Assembly: GCA_000146045.2 (NCBI GenBank)
Contig: BK006947.3
Coordinates: 32,001-96,000 of the forward strand
Origin: TPA_inf: Saccharomyces
Taxonomy: Eukaryota
Length of the DNA stretch: 64,000 nucleotides
Reading direction: 5' to 3'
Positions 33,351-44,945 of the stretch are shown here, piece after piece. Each line of letters starts with the position of its first letter. Position 1 is the stretch's first letter. The translations under genes and the position numbers were made by a program. The notes under the pieces were generated by a model, which did not search any database, was not told where the DNA came from, and was given only the letters and a program-made list of their open reading frames with translations.

Positions 33351-33725
33351 ATGACGGTATATATAGCCATTAGCAGTCGCCAAAAGGTGAAGATCCTGAC
33401 ACGAAATGTAGCAGAGTCACTACATTGATACTGATCTTGTACTTCCGAATAAGGCACCGCCAGATCAATTCTGTCTGATTTTGGCGTCTTCTGGTATAGT
33501 CTTGTAATGAACGGTGGTGATTCTCGAGGAAAATAAAATTCGTGATAAATACATGCATGTGTATATATAAGGCGCTATATATGGCCTTGAAACTTTGTTA
33601 TTACGCCTACTCCATCTTTATTGGTACATATATCATTTAAAAGAGTAGTCCATAGAAAACCAACTGCATTCCTTCCTTATCCCTGCCTTCGGCTAATTTT
33701 AAACCAACTTTTTACCTTCCTTTAA

Positions 33726-34052
<327 letters not shown>

Positions 34053-34516
34053 GTTGCATGGACAACTTAAACTAGGAAGGATATTCCGCTTCATTTCATT
34101 AATTTCACATTTTTTTATCTACATGATATGTATTTTCCCTCAGTTACCAGATTCGCTAGCTTCGAAGCAAGGACTCCTTGGTCATACTTAATAAAGGAAC
34201 GTCTGCTTCATTCTCCTAAAGTTCCTTTCGATAAGGACGCAGAAGGCACCTTACTAGACCATTGTATAAACTCATAACTACATACTAATTCAACGATATG
34301 TTACATTTATTTTCTTGTGGTTACCCCCCGCAAATTTCCAGGCATCTCATCTCATCGCAGTTAAAAAAAAAAAAGTTGTAAAAAGGTAATAAAGCGATAC
34401 TTGATGAAAGCAAACATCTGTAATAACAGTTCACAAGGTTAAGCTGGTTCGTTTCACTAGCGTATCATTTTTTATTTTTCAAATAAACAAACGAGGGCGG
34501 AGTTTATTGGGTCGTC

Positions 34517-36445
34517 ATGACAAGGCTCAAAGCAAAATATTCACCTACAAAAGGTAAAAGAAAAGAAGATAAACATACAAAACGTATGCGTAAATCATCC
34601 TTCACAAGAACGCAAAAAATGCTTGAAGTATTTAACGATAATCGCTCGCATTTTAACAAGTACGAGAGCCTCGCTATCGACGTTGAAGACGATGACACTT
34701 TCGGAAACCTAGTCTTAATGGAAAATGATAAAAGTGATGTCGACATACCTGTAATAGAAGAAGTCACATCAAGTGAAGATGAACAAAGGGCAGAATCTAG
34801 CAAAAGAAACAATTCTCTCGAAGATAATCAAGATTTTATTGCTTTTTCGGACAGCTCTGAAGATGAAACAGAACAAATAAAGGAAGATGATGATGAAAGA
34901 AGCAGTTTTCTGTTGACCGATGAACATGAAGTTTCTAAGCTTACTTCACAGCAATCTCTGAACACTGAAAGCGCTTGCAATGTGGAGTATCCTTGGATAA
35001 GAAATCATTGTCATTCGAAACAAAGGAGAATAGCAGATTGGCTAACTTCAGAAATCAAAGATTTCGTTCATTATATCTCTCCAAGCAAGAACGAAATCAA
35101 GTGCAGAAATAGAACGATCGATAAACTACGCCGGGCGGTCAAGGAACTGTGGTCGGATGCAGATTTGCATGTGTTTGGTTCTTTTGCCACCGATTTATAT
35201 TTGCCGGGTTCTGACATTGACTGTGTCGTAAACAGCCGGAATCGCGATAAAGAGGACAGAAATTACATTTATGAATTGGCGAGACATTTGAAAAACAAAG
35301 GGCTAGCTATAAGAATGGAGGTTATTGTTAAAACGCGAGTGCCTATTATCAAATTCATAGAGCCCCAATCACAGTTACATATCGACGTTTCATTTGAAAG
35401 AACGAACGGGTTAGAGGCTGCAAAACTCATCAGGGAATGGCTAAGAGACTCTCCAGGGTTACGTGAACTGGTACTGATAATAAAACAATTTTTGCATTCA
35501 AGACGATTGAACAATGTGCACACAGGAGGATTGGGAGGTTTCACAGTAATCTGTTTGGTTTATTCTTTTTTAAATATGCATCCGCGAATAAAATCAAACG
35601 ATATCGACGTTCTAGATAACCTGGGTGTTCTACTGATTGACTTCTTCGAACTTTACGGAAAAAATTTTGGTTATGATGACGTTGCTATAAGCATATCTGA
35701 TGGTTACGCCTCTTATATTCCTAAATCGTGTTGGAGAACTTTGGAACCTTCAAGGAGTAAATTCTCGCTAGCTATTCAAGATCCTGGTGATCCTAACAAT
35801 AATATAAGCAGAGGCTCCTTTAATATGAAGGATATAAAAAAGGCCTTTGCTGGTGCCTTCGAACTGTTGGTCAATAAATGCTGGGAATTGAATTCTGCTA
35901 CATTCAAAGACCGCGTTGGAAAAAGTATACTCGGAAACGTGATCAAATACCGTGGGCAAAAGAGAGATTTCAACGACGAAAGAGATTTAGTGCAGAATAA
36001 AGCCATCATTGAAAACGAGCGCTACCACAAGAGGCGCACGAGGATAGTTCAAGAAGATTTATTTATAAACGACACCGAAGACTTGCCAGTAGAGGAGATC
36101 TACAAACTTGACGAACCTGCAAAGAAGAAACAGAAGGCAAAAAAGGATAAGAGAGAAGGGGAAATCAAAAAGAGTGCCATTCCATCTCCACCTCCGGATT
36201 TTGGAGTGAGCAGAAGCAAATTGAAACGCAAAGTGAAAAAAACTGATCAGGGCTCTCTCCTACACCAAAACAACCTCAGCATAGATGACTTGATGGGACT
36301 TTCTGAGAATGATCAAGAATCCGATCAAGATCAAAAAGGAAGAGATACCCCTTCGGGACAAGATGAGAAATCACCACTGGAAACTAAGACAGTAGATGCT
36401 CAAACGAGAAGGGACTACTGGCTCTCTAAAGGCCAGGCTCTTTAA
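34517..36445 (+). CDS. TRF5: Non-canonical poly(A) polymerase of the TRAMP complex (Pol-beta nucleotidyltransferase), 642 aa
   Basis: ATG at 34517. Nucleotidyltransferase motif FGSFATDLYLPGSDIDCVV, a PAP/25A-associated region, and a basic C-terminus. Confidence 0.9.
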   Translation: MTRLKAKYSPTKGKRKEDKHTKRMRKSSFTRTQKMLEVFNDNRSHFNKYESLAIDVEDDDTFGNLVLMENDKSDVDIPVIEEVTSSEDEQRAESSKRNNSLEDNQDFIAFSDSSEDETEQIKEDDDERSSFLLTDEHEVSKLTSQQSLNTESACNVEYPWIRNHCHSKQRRIADWLTSEIKDFVHYISPSKNEIKCRNRTIDKLRRAVKELWSDADLHVFGSFATDLYLPGSDIDCVVNSRNRDKEDRNYIYELARHLKNKGLAIRMEVIVKTRVPIIKFIEPQSQLHIDVSFERTNGLEAAKLIREWLRDSPGLRELVLIIKQFLHSRRLNNVHTGGLGGFTVICLVYSFLNMHPRIKSNDIDVLDNLGVLLIDFFELYGKNFGYDDVAISISDGYASYIPKSCWRTLEPSRSKFSLAIQDPGDPNNNISRGSFNMKDIKKAFAGAFELLVNKCWELNSATFKDRVGKSILGNVIKYRGQKRDFNDERDLVQNKAIIENERYHKRRTRIVQEDLFINDTEDLPVEEIYKLDEPAKKKQKAKKDKREGEIKKSAIPSPPPDFGVSRSKLKRKVKKTDQGSLLHQNNLSIDDLMGLSENDQESDQDQKGRDTPSGQDEKSPLETKTVDAQTRRDYWLSKGQAL

Positions 36446-36914
36446 CACAATATAGACTCTTATAGACTATTTACTATTTATACAAGAATACCACATCGAT
36501 GTCCAAGTGAAACAATAAGCTAATGATATCAAACGCGTGGGTATTTTCCCTTTCCGGAAATATAGAGCCACCAAAAAAGGATAGTTTCCCGATATGGAAA
36601 TTTTCTCGAGCCGGTAAGATGACGAAATTTTTCATCTCTGGCATGATAGAAACATAGTATGGAACGTGCAGGAGAGTCTGATTCGAGACACATAATTTGA
36701 AAGAACCTTCTAGCCTGAGCCTTGTACATGTATTAGCGTTGCCAGTTATTTGCTTCTGCTGCTAATAAGATCAAAACCTTAAGTCCTTTATTTCGATCGA
36801 ACGTACTGCGCTACTGAAAACCATTGCATCTTTTGCTATCATTCATTCCTGGTGGTTTCTTTGGTGTAATAAATCGAACAGTGAAACTGAAACATAAAAG
36901 AAATAGTGCAAAAT

Positions 36915-39443
36915 ATGTCTCTTTCAGCTGCAGCGAATAAGATATCTGACAACGATTTCCAAAATATCGGACCGGCACCTAGACCTCCCAGTTCAAATAG
37001 CCAGGGCCGTACTTGCTATAATCAAACGCAACCTATAACCAAACTTATGAGTCAACTGGATTTAACATCAGCGTCCCATTTAGGTACAAGTACCTCCAAA
37101 AAAAAAAGCGGGTGGGTGTCCTACAAAGATGACGGTATACTTTCATTTATATGGCAAAAGAGATACCTGATGCTACACGATTCGTATGTAGCCCTTTACA
37201 AGAACGATAAACAAAATGACGATGCGATCTTGAAGATACCACTAACTAGTATTATAAGTGTAAGCAGGACACAGTTGAAACAATATTGTTTTGAGTTGGT
37301 GCGCTGCAGTGACCGAAATTCTGTATCATCAGGATCCTCGTCCTCTTTGAATGTATCATCAGACAGTAACTCCAAAAAATCAATATACATTGCTACAAAG
37401 ACAGAAAGCGATTTGCATAGTTGGTTAGACGCCATTTTTGCTAAATGTCCATTATTAAGTGGTGTATCTTCTCCAACAAACTTCACACATAAAGTTCACG
37501 TTGGTTTTGATCCAGAAACAGGTAGTTTTGTTGGTATGCCCACCAACTGGGAAAAATTATTAAAGCACTCCAGAATTACAGGAGAAGATTGGAACAATAA
37601 TTCTGCGGCTGTCATTCAAGTGTTGCAGTTTTATCAAGAGTATAATGGAGCCGGAAATCCCACAAATACTTTAGACAAGCCTCAAAGTGGTGAAACTTCC
37701 TCCTCTCAAAAATCGCTGCCAAACAGCTATAATGATAACAAACTCAGAAATAATTCAGTAAATTCAAAGTCATCTTCAGGCGTTTCTTCAAGTATGGTAT
37801 CACAGAGGAAAACCTCACAACCACCAAATACCAAATCGCCTGTTTCTCTAGGAAGCGGCTCACTGCCACCAATAAATACAAAATTGCCCACTAGTCAGTC
37901 AAATATTCCAAGACACTTACAAAATGTTCCCAACCAACAATATCCTAAGATGAGAAACGGACACTCCCCAACCAATGGCCAATTTCCTAGGGGACCTATG
38001 CATCCAAACAATTCTCAACGATCTTTGCAGCAGCAGCAGCAGCAGCAGCAGCAACAAAAACAACAGCATCAACAATATCCATACCACCATCAAGGACCAT
38101 CTCCATCTCCATCCCCATCTCCGTCTCCATTAAACCCTTATAGGCCACATCACAATATGATAAATCCTTATTCCAAACAACCTCAATCGCCATTAAGTTC
38201 ACAGTCGACCCAAAACCAAGCAATTCCACGTTATGCACAAAACTCAAGTCCTACAGCCGCACACTTTCAACCTCAAAGAACAGCTCCAAAGCCACCAATA
38301 TCAGCTCCAAGGGCGCCATACCCATCAAATCAAAATGCTACTAGTAACACACATGTACAGCCTGTTGCACCTAAGAATGACCAGTCAACCCCACAAACAA
38401 TGAGGCAGGCCCCAAAGAGACCGGATGCAGATGTCGCACAACCGGGTGGTGTGGCCAAACCGAAGAAGCCAGCAAGGCCTACCATGTCAACTGCAGAAAT
38501 AATGAGTAAGCTGAAGAAAGTCACCGTAAATGCGGATCCATCTCAATGCTTTAAAGTGATCGAGAAGGCCGGTCAAGGTGCAAGTGGGTCCGTCTACCTT
38601 GCAGAGAGGACGCATATTCCGACAGAAAGTAATATGATCGAACTCATAAACAATGATATTGATGAGCCGCACGTAGGAGATAAAGTTGCTATCAAGCAAA
38701 TGGTCTTATCTAAACAACCTCGTAAAGAACTCATAGTGAATGAAATTTTGGTTATGAAGGATTCACGTCATAAAAATATCGTCAATTTTCTCGAGGCTTA
38801 TTTGAGAACAGACGATGACCTATGGGTTGTGATGGAGTTTATGGAAGGAGGTTCACTAACAGACATTATCGAGAATAGTCCCACCAACGATAATTCACAT
38901 TCACCACTAACAGAACCCCAAATTGCATATATCGTACGAGAAACTTGCCAAGGCTTGAAATTTCTACACGACAAGCATATCATTCATAGGGATATTAAAT
39001 CAGATAATGTCTTGCTGGACACTAGAGCTAGGGTGAAAATTACCGATTTTGGGTTTTGCGCCAGATTAACTGATAAAAGAAGCAAAAGAGCCACTATGGT
39101 TGGGACACCTTACTGGATGGCACCTGAAGTTGTCAAACAACGTGAATACGATGAAAAGATTGACGTATGGTCTTTGGGTATCATGACCATTGAAATGCTG
39201 GAGGGTGAACCACCATATTTAAATGAAGATCCACTAAAGGCGTTGTACTTAATTGCAACTAATGGTACACCAAAGCTCAAGCATCCAGAAAGTTTGTCTT
39301 TAGAAATTAAACGCTTTCTAAGCGTTTGCCTTTGCGTAGATGTTAGATATAGGGCATCAACCGAAGAGCTTTTACACCACGGTTTTTTCAATATGGCATG
39401 TGATCCAAAGGATTTGACATCACTGTTGGAGTGGAAGGAATGA
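36915..39443 (+). CDS. CLA4: PAK-family (Ste20-like) protein kinase with PH and CRIB domains, 842 aa
   Basis: ATG at 36915 (MSLSAAANK; the ORF-track start at 36906 is GTG). CRIB-like ISxPxxFxHxxHVG and kinase motifs GQGASGSVY, HRDIKSDN, DFG, PYWMAPE. Confidence 0.9.
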   Translation: MSLSAAANKISDNDFQNIGPAPRPPSSNSQGRTCYNQTQPITKLMSQLDLTSASHLGTSTSKKKSGWVSYKDDGILSFIWQKRYLMLHDSYVALYKNDKQNDDAILKIPLTSIISVSRTQLKQYCFELVRCSDRNSVSSGSSSSLNVSSDSNSKKSIYIATKTESDLHSWLDAIFAKCPLLSGVSSPTNFTHKVHVGFDPETGSFVGMPTNWEKLLKHSRITGEDWNNNSAAVIQVLQFYQEYNGAGNPTNTLDKPQSGETSSSQKSLPNSYNDNKLRNNSVNSKSSSGVSSSMVSQRKTSQPPNTKSPVSLGSGSLPPINTKLPTSQSNIPRHLQNVPNQQYPKMRNGHSPTNGQFPRGPMHPNNSQRSLQQQQQQQQQQKQQHQQYPYHHQGPSPSPSPSPSPLNPYRPHHNMINPYSKQPQSPLSSQSTQNQAIPRYAQNSSPTAAHFQPQRTAPKPPISAPRAPYPSNQNATSNTHVQPVAPKNDQSTPQTMRQAPKRPDADVAQPGGVAKPKKPARPTMSTAEIMSKLKKVTVNADPSQCFKVIEKAGQGASGSVYLAERTHIPTESNMIELINNDIDEPHVGDKVAIKQMVLSKQPRKELIVNEILVMKDSRHKNIVNFLEAYLRTDDDLWVVMEFMEGGSLTDIIENSPTNDNSHSPLTEPQIAYIVRETCQGLKFLHDKHIIHRDIKSDNVLLDTRARVKITDFGFCARLTDKRSKRATMVGTPYWMAPEVVKQREYDEKIDVWSLGIMTIEMLEGEPPYLNEDPLKALYLIATNGTPKLKHPESLSLEIKRFLSVCLCVDVRYRASTEELLHHGFFNMACDPKDLTSLLEWKE
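38028..38051 (+). repeat. (CAG)8 trinucleotide repeat encoding a poly-Gln tract in CLA4, continuing as CAA CAA AAA CAA CAG
   Basis: Read directly: cagcagcagcagcagcagcagcagcaacaa. Followed about 50 nt later by an (SP)6 repeat at about 38098-38133. Confidence 0.95.
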
Positions 39444-39672
39444 AGCACACAACTATTTCTATAAGCATATCATACATACTACAATCTTATGTATTTCTTT
39501 TCTTTTAGCTATGCATACCAATGGCATAATATATAAATACGTTCACCTTAAAAGTTTTTTTTTTAAAGTAAATAAAAAAAGACCTGCAACGATACAATAA
39601 TCAATCCAATGTCGTTTAATATTACTATTTATCCTACGTGATTTTTAAAAATATTCGTCCATGCTTCAGCTT

Positions 39673-42600
39673 CTAGTCTAGTTTCGTAAATCCAAGTGAT
39701 AATTCCAAAACTTTATCTTGGAGGCCATCCATTTTATGAGATACTGGGATGGTTCTTAAAATCAACGGACTTAATGTTTGTAGGTTTTCAACTCCAATTT
39801 GTTTGTTGCCAAGGGTCGAATTTTGATCTAGAACACCTCTTAAAATCACGCATAGCCCATTTAATAGAGTAGCTAGTTCTGTTTTACGCAATTTTGGTAT
39901 TGGTGCTCGCCCAATCAAGTATTCATCTGAGATATATCTTCTAAGAGCAAGGGCAATTCTTGCAGAAAGATAAGGAGCAGTTAACTTTCTTAATTTCTCG
40001 TTTGTGTTCAACATAAAATTAACCAAATCTTGCAAGCACTCTAAAGAGCACTTATATTTTGTCTGAAAGCGAGGATTTGTGGTGGATCCAAATATACATG
40101 AAAAATCGAACGAAGATAGTTTTTGAGACAATTCAGAAAACGTACCACAGTCTTGCATCAAAGCATTTTCTAATTCATCGAATTCATATAAAAATGAACA
40201 ATCCCAGACGGCATAAATGAAAGTGTCTAATTGCCTTTCATTGAAGAGATCAATGATTCTGTTTTCCAGCAATATCTCCCTATATTTGGAATACTCATTC
40301 AAATCGTCTATCTCGGTTAAATTATCGAGCTCTGGGTTGATTCTTTGTAATGTGACAACAATAACATTTATAAATAAATCACAAAAGTTATCCTTTAATG
40401 GATTTTCTGCATCTTCTTGGAGTGATTTGAAAATTTTGTTCGACAAATCACAGAAGCAATTGGAAGCAAGAACCCATATGGGGATTTCATCACTCTCTGA
40501 CCCTGTAATAAGCGATTTTCGCTTGATGATTTCAGCCAAATTTTTCAATATTCTTAAAATATGCTTTGCTTTCAGTGTGGATATACCAAATTGATCTATT
40601 TTTGCTATTCTATTTCTCAGGTTAGAACATGACATATAGCTGATTGCCTCAAAAGTTGGTAACCTGTTAAGTGATGCTTTTGGAAGCTTTGGTCCAAGTT
40701 TTTTTGTTATTTTTTCCCTTGTATCAAAAGCCAATATCGATATTGTACTTAACTGGAGAAGAATCAAAATTTCTGTATCTTTAGAATCATTTGTCATAAA
40801 TATATCAAGTCCAGACAATATGGCCTTTTGCATAGAGGACGGTTTAGTTTTGTCTTGGACAAACTCAGGTAAGAGAGGATATTTTATGGCAGAATTGAAT
40901 AAAAGAAGAACTTTTTCCACAAATTCATCTGTCATCGCATCGTATTTCGATATTAATTGGTAAAGAGGAGGAAATCCGGTTATTAGTTCGTATATACAAT
41001 CGTATTCAGTTTTGCTCGATGCGTTTGTGGAGAGATCACTGTACGTAATATTGTAGTCGGTAAATATTTCGCAGCACTTTTTCAATATATCTGATGGAAC
41101 GTCCTCAATAGTGATGATTTCTTTCAGCAGGGTTTGATAATTTAATATTACAGCATTCTTGGTATTATTAGAAGTGGAAGACAACAATCTTTTCAAAAAA
41201 TCTAATAACATTGACCATTCCTTGGCGCAGGTAGTGTTGTTTTTGAAGTCCTTAAAGTGTTCCGGATAAAGCTTAATTAATCCTTGCAATGTTACATTTA
41301 TAAAATCAGTTTCATTTTCGAGTTCTTCAGTGGACCATTCCTTGGTAAGCAGTGGTTCAATAACCTCTAAGAAAATTAGGTCCCATGGGGGGAAGCAAAC
41401 AGAATGGGAGTCGATGATTCTGAAAAAAGTCTGCACAGCACCGTTTTTAACTTCTACTCTATCATCATTAGTACAATTGATCAAATTTTTCAAAAGATAT
41501 ATCCATAATCCGTTGTAAAGTTCCCAATCATGAGATGAACTGGATGTAATGATTTCAATTAATTTTTGATTATTAATCTTTTCGGAGAGACTTCTACGTT
41601 TCTCATCACTTAAATTTAATGTTTCGGGATTGAAGCGGACTCTGAGATAATCTCCAACTAACCAGAACTGACTAATAGAAGAAAAGGAGATATTAAGATT
41701 TCGCTTCTGACTTACGAAATTGACAAGCGTATCAATAACGAATTTAATGACACTCATAGGTAAACTCTGTAAGAAATCATCAGAAATTAGTTTAAAAACA
41801 TCGTATGACACTTGGATCATGTTCTTATGCTTCTGAACGATACCTTCAAATAAAGATGAATCATCTATATCCTCATTCACGGAAAAATCAGTATCCTCAA
41901 CTGTCCACTCGAATGGTGAATTAATGATGTTGAAAATATTGGTCCAAGAGTTCATTAACAGTTCACCAAATTCGTTCAGAATCTCTTTTAAAGTTAGTAG
42001 CAATTGAAAAAGAATATCTGATTCAACATTGATCGTCCCATTGTATATTTCCTGCTTACCAATATCCAACTGTTTTATCGAGTTTATCGTTGCCATCAAG
42101 CTATCGATGACTAAGTTTTCCAATGTACCAAACTGTTTCACTTTATTATCTTGCTCATCGGAATTACCAACCTCATTAGTAGCCTTTTTGATGATATCTG
42201 TAAACACTCTCACTGTGTATAAACGTAAAGAATCGTTATCCATTTCACGGTTTGATATCAATTTGATCATATAGGTGGAAATCAAACTCCAAAGTTCTTT
42301 ACCATTTTTTCCAAAGAGAAATTTTTTGCAATTATAAGTTGCCAGTTCACCAATTTTGTTAACAAAAAACGCCTTGTTGTAAATGCATGGTATAATTTCA
42401 TCTTTTGCATCTAAAGGATGATAGCCAATGTCATTATTCAGGTTGAGGTTCGTTTGTTCTAAAGTGAGGGTATTTTTTGAGTCCAAAATTAATCTGGTTA
42501 ATACCAAATGAAAAGTTGAGCAAGAATAGCTGCTTGTACTTTCAAAAAATTTCGTTAGAGAGCTTTCAATAGATGTAACGTCTGATTTAGTCAGTATTGG

Positions 42601-44583
42601 AGGTGGTGGAATATCTTCAGAGTAAAAGCTCTCTTTGAAATCTGCTGATGGACCATATATGTAGTAAGTTATCCATTGCCAGGTTAAAAAAGTGTACCTC
42701 CAGCTTTCTGAATCGAAAATAGGACCTAGTGATATTGATAATGATATTAATGCCCTTAGTAAACTAACTTGTCTTGAACTAATATTCCTGGGGTGCAAAC
42801 GCCTTTTCATTTCCTTATTTTGCGCAGAATCTGCAATCGACCTACTTGGATTTTTTGTTGATTCTACGGGACTGGTCGTGACACTAGATGTGGATATATT
42901 TCTTGTATGTTGATTTTTTGCTGACTTACTTGTATCATTAAAAGAATATTGATTGGATGATGTAACGTTGTTTGTTATCAAAATCGAAAACAATTTCATG
43001 CATGCCCTTAATTTGTCCTTTAGTGACAGAACGCCGGCACTATGAGCTAATTTTTGAAAAGCTCTAACCACCAAGTGGAATATCGATGTCTCTAAGGAGG
43101 TCGAATATAAAAAGAGTTTGTTTAGCTCAAATAGGCCAGAAAACAGGCCGCTATAAACCTTTACAACTGTCGAATCATTTCCAGTTCCCTCTTCACGTTC
43201 TTTGTCCTCAATTTTCTTCTCTAGGGGAGAGCTTTCCAGAGCCGATTTGTTCAACCCCTCGCATAAGTGGTTACAGATGGTCAGAATTAATGATATAATG
43301 TAAGTAATATTAATGGACGGAGCGTTTGATTTGTCCAATAAATGCATAAACTTTGTTTTAACTGTAGAGTTTTCAGTAGTTATCAAGGGAGAATCCATTT
43401 TCTCGACTACTTTTGATGGCGCCAAGAAAGTAATATACTCTGGCGAATTTAATAAGACAATACATTCTTTCAAAAGATATTTGAACACATGTTTTTTATC
43501 TGGATAATTATCATAGTCCATATAGAGTGTATTGACGATTTCGGGGTCTTGTGATAAATCCTTGAAAAGTTCTAGAGATAGTACTCTTTGCCATCCACTT
43601 AAATTGGATTCGACAGATATGCCATGGATTAACAGCGACAAGATGACCTCTAATTCTAACTCGAGTATGCTTAGGTACTCTTTTCTTATCAACAACTTCA
43701 AACAACGACAACTCCTTACAGCGGTGGAGAAGTGTCTCGAAGAAGATATGCAACGTAGAAGCAATGGAATCGCCTTAACTCTCAGTAGATATTGTAAATC
43801 TTGGCATTCTAAAAGATTTTTCTGACTATTCTTCAAAATCGATTCAAGGATTTCCAGGCCATAGTCTATTGGGATGTCCCCAATGTCTAACAGCATCTCC
43901 TCGTCACTAACTGCCCCATTTGAGCTTATTTCATTTAATGAACAGATATTATCGAACAATTTGTTAGCATCGTATCTATAAACATTGACCTTAATTGACT
44001 CACTATTACTTATGAGGACTTCATATTGTTTATCATCCACTACAGATTCAATGGAAAGCCTATCAAATATTTCATCGATAAGCTGCTGTAAAGTGGCACT
44101 CGCAGTACCAACTACTACGGGTGCCTTATTAGGTACATGCAGCAGATTTGAGCAACACAGCAACAACTTCTTACAAAGCGGCCCATAGATGAACTTCCCG
44201 TATGTCTTAAAAAAAATGGGTACCACCTGTAAAACTTTTAATTGAATCTCCATCGCGAGATGAGTAGCCTCAATGAAGGCATCCAAAATTTCAGACAGCC
44301 GGCTTCGAGGAATAGATGGAACGGTTGACAGTCCCTGTAGGCATTGCATTGCCAGGGTCGTCATTTTAGCATTCCTTGATTGGCAAGCCAACACGAAAGG
44401 GAGTGCGAAATCCGGATGTCTTTCTAGCTCCTCAAAACTATGTACTCTTTTCAATATCTCAATGGATTTATCACTAGCATGGCGAATGGTTGAATTTCTT
44501 CTTTTCGATTCGGAAGATAAAGAACGCAATTCTGCTTCAAGTTGCCTTTGCATGGAGTCAAACCCTCCAGTGTTCATGGCCAT
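39673..44583 (-). CDS. MON2: Large Golgi/endosome scaffold related to Sec7-family ARF-GEFs, 1636 aa
   Basis: ATG at 44583 (MAMNTGGFDS). Length 1636 aa; armadillo-like helical repeats throughout. Confidence 0.9.
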   Translation of the reverse strand: MAMNTGGFDSMQRQLEAELRSLSSESKRRNSTIRHASDKSIEILKRVHSFEELERHPDFALPFVLACQSRNAKMTTLAMQCLQGLSTVPSIPRSRLSEILDAFIEATHLAMEIQLKVLQVVPIFFKTYGKFIYGPLCKKLLLCCSNLLHVPNKAPVVVGTASATLQQLIDEIFDRLSIESVVDDKQYEVLISNSESIKVNVYRYDANKLFDNICSLNEISSNGAVSDEEMLLDIGDIPIDYGLEILESILKNSQKNLLECQDLQYLLRVKAIPLLLRCISSSRHFSTAVRSCRCLKLLIRKEYLSILELELEVILSLLIHGISVESNLSGWQRVLSLELFKDLSQDPEIVNTLYMDYDNYPDKKHVFKYLLKECIVLLNSPEYITFLAPSKVVEKMDSPLITTENSTVKTKFMHLLDKSNAPSINITYIISLILTICNHLCEGLNKSALESSPLEKKIEDKEREEGTGNDSTVVKVYSGLFSGLFELNKLFLYSTSLETSIFHLVVRAFQKLAHSAGVLSLKDKLRACMKLFSILITNNVTSSNQYSFNDTSKSAKNQHTRNISTSSVTTSPVESTKNPSRSIADSAQNKEMKRRLHPRNISSRQVSLLRALISLSISLGPIFDSESWRYTFLTWQWITYYIYGPSADFKESFYSEDIPPPPILTKSDVTSIESSLTKFFESTSSYSCSTFHLVLTRLILDSKNTLTLEQTNLNLNNDIGYHPLDAKDEIIPCIYNKAFFVNKIGELATYNCKKFLFGKNGKELWSLISTYMIKLISNREMDNDSLRLYTVRVFTDIIKKATNEVGNSDEQDNKVKQFGTLENLVIDSLMATINSIKQLDIGKQEIYNGTINVESDILFQLLLTLKEILNEFGELLMNSWTNIFNIINSPFEWTVEDTDFSVNEDIDDSSLFEGIVQKHKNMIQVSYDVFKLISDDFLQSLPMSVIKFVIDTLVNFVSQKRNLNISFSSISQFWLVGDYLRVRFNPETLNLSDEKRRSLSEKINNQKLIEIITSSSSHDWELYNGLWIYLLKNLINCTNDDRVEVKNGAVQTFFRIIDSHSVCFPPWDLIFLEVIEPLLTKEWSTEELENETDFINVTLQGLIKLYPEHFKDFKNNTTCAKEWSMLLDFLKRLLSSTSNNTKNAVILNYQTLLKEIITIEDVPSDILKKCCEIFTDYNITYSDLSTNASSKTEYDCIYELITGFPPLYQLISKYDAMTDEFVEKVLLLFNSAIKYPLLPEFVQDKTKPSSMQKAILSGLDIFMTNDSKDTEILILLQLSTISILAFDTREKITKKLGPKLPKASLNRLPTFEAISYMSCSNLRNRIAKIDQFGISTLKAKHILRILKNLAEIIKRKSLITGSESDEIPIWVLASNCFCDLSNKIFKSLQEDAENPLKDNFCDLFINVIVVTLQRINPELDNLTEIDDLNEYSKYREILLENRIIDLFNERQLDTFIYAVWDCSFLYEFDELENALMQDCGTFSELSQKLSSFDFSCIFGSTTNPRFQTKYKCSLECLQDLVNFMLNTNEKLRKLTAPYLSARIALALRRYISDEYLIGRAPIPKLRKTELATLLNGLCVILRGVLDQNSTLGNKQIGVENLQTLSPLILRTIPVSHKMDGLQDKVLELSLGFTKLD

Positions 44584-44587
44584 ATGA
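44273..44587 (+). CDS. YNL296W: Dubious ORF (104 aa) antisense to the 5' end of MON2; probably non-coding
   Basis: ATG at 44273. Fully overlaps the MON2 N-terminal coding region on the opposite strand. Confidence 0.2.
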   Translation: MKASKISDSRLRGIDGTVDSPCRHCIARVVILAFLDWQANTKGSAKSGCLSSSSKLCTLFNISMDLSLAWRMVEFLLFDSEDKERNSASSCLCMESNPPVFMAI

Positions 44588-44945
44588 ATGGTGTGTAACA
44601 GGTCAAGTTGGTTTACTTTCTTTGAAAATCACTTGTATTGCATACAGTCTACAGGCTTTATTTAGCTGGGCTTAGGTCACCTTAATTATTAACACGGACG
44701 ATTTAAAGGTCATCCACGACGACCAGCCGGCTTTATCAGAAAGTGGGATAATGAAGACTTCGCAATGACTTTATGAAGAATAAGAGCAGGAGGTTTGAGG
44801 AAGTCTGCAACTCGATCTGAAGAGAGTATTTGTTAGCTGCTAGGACAATATTGGTATACCCCTTTAGTGTGCTCAATTTTTGGTGAAAGCAGACCGTATC
44901 ATTAGATCATTGCAGAAGTAGTGAGATTTAGTCGTACGTTACGTC

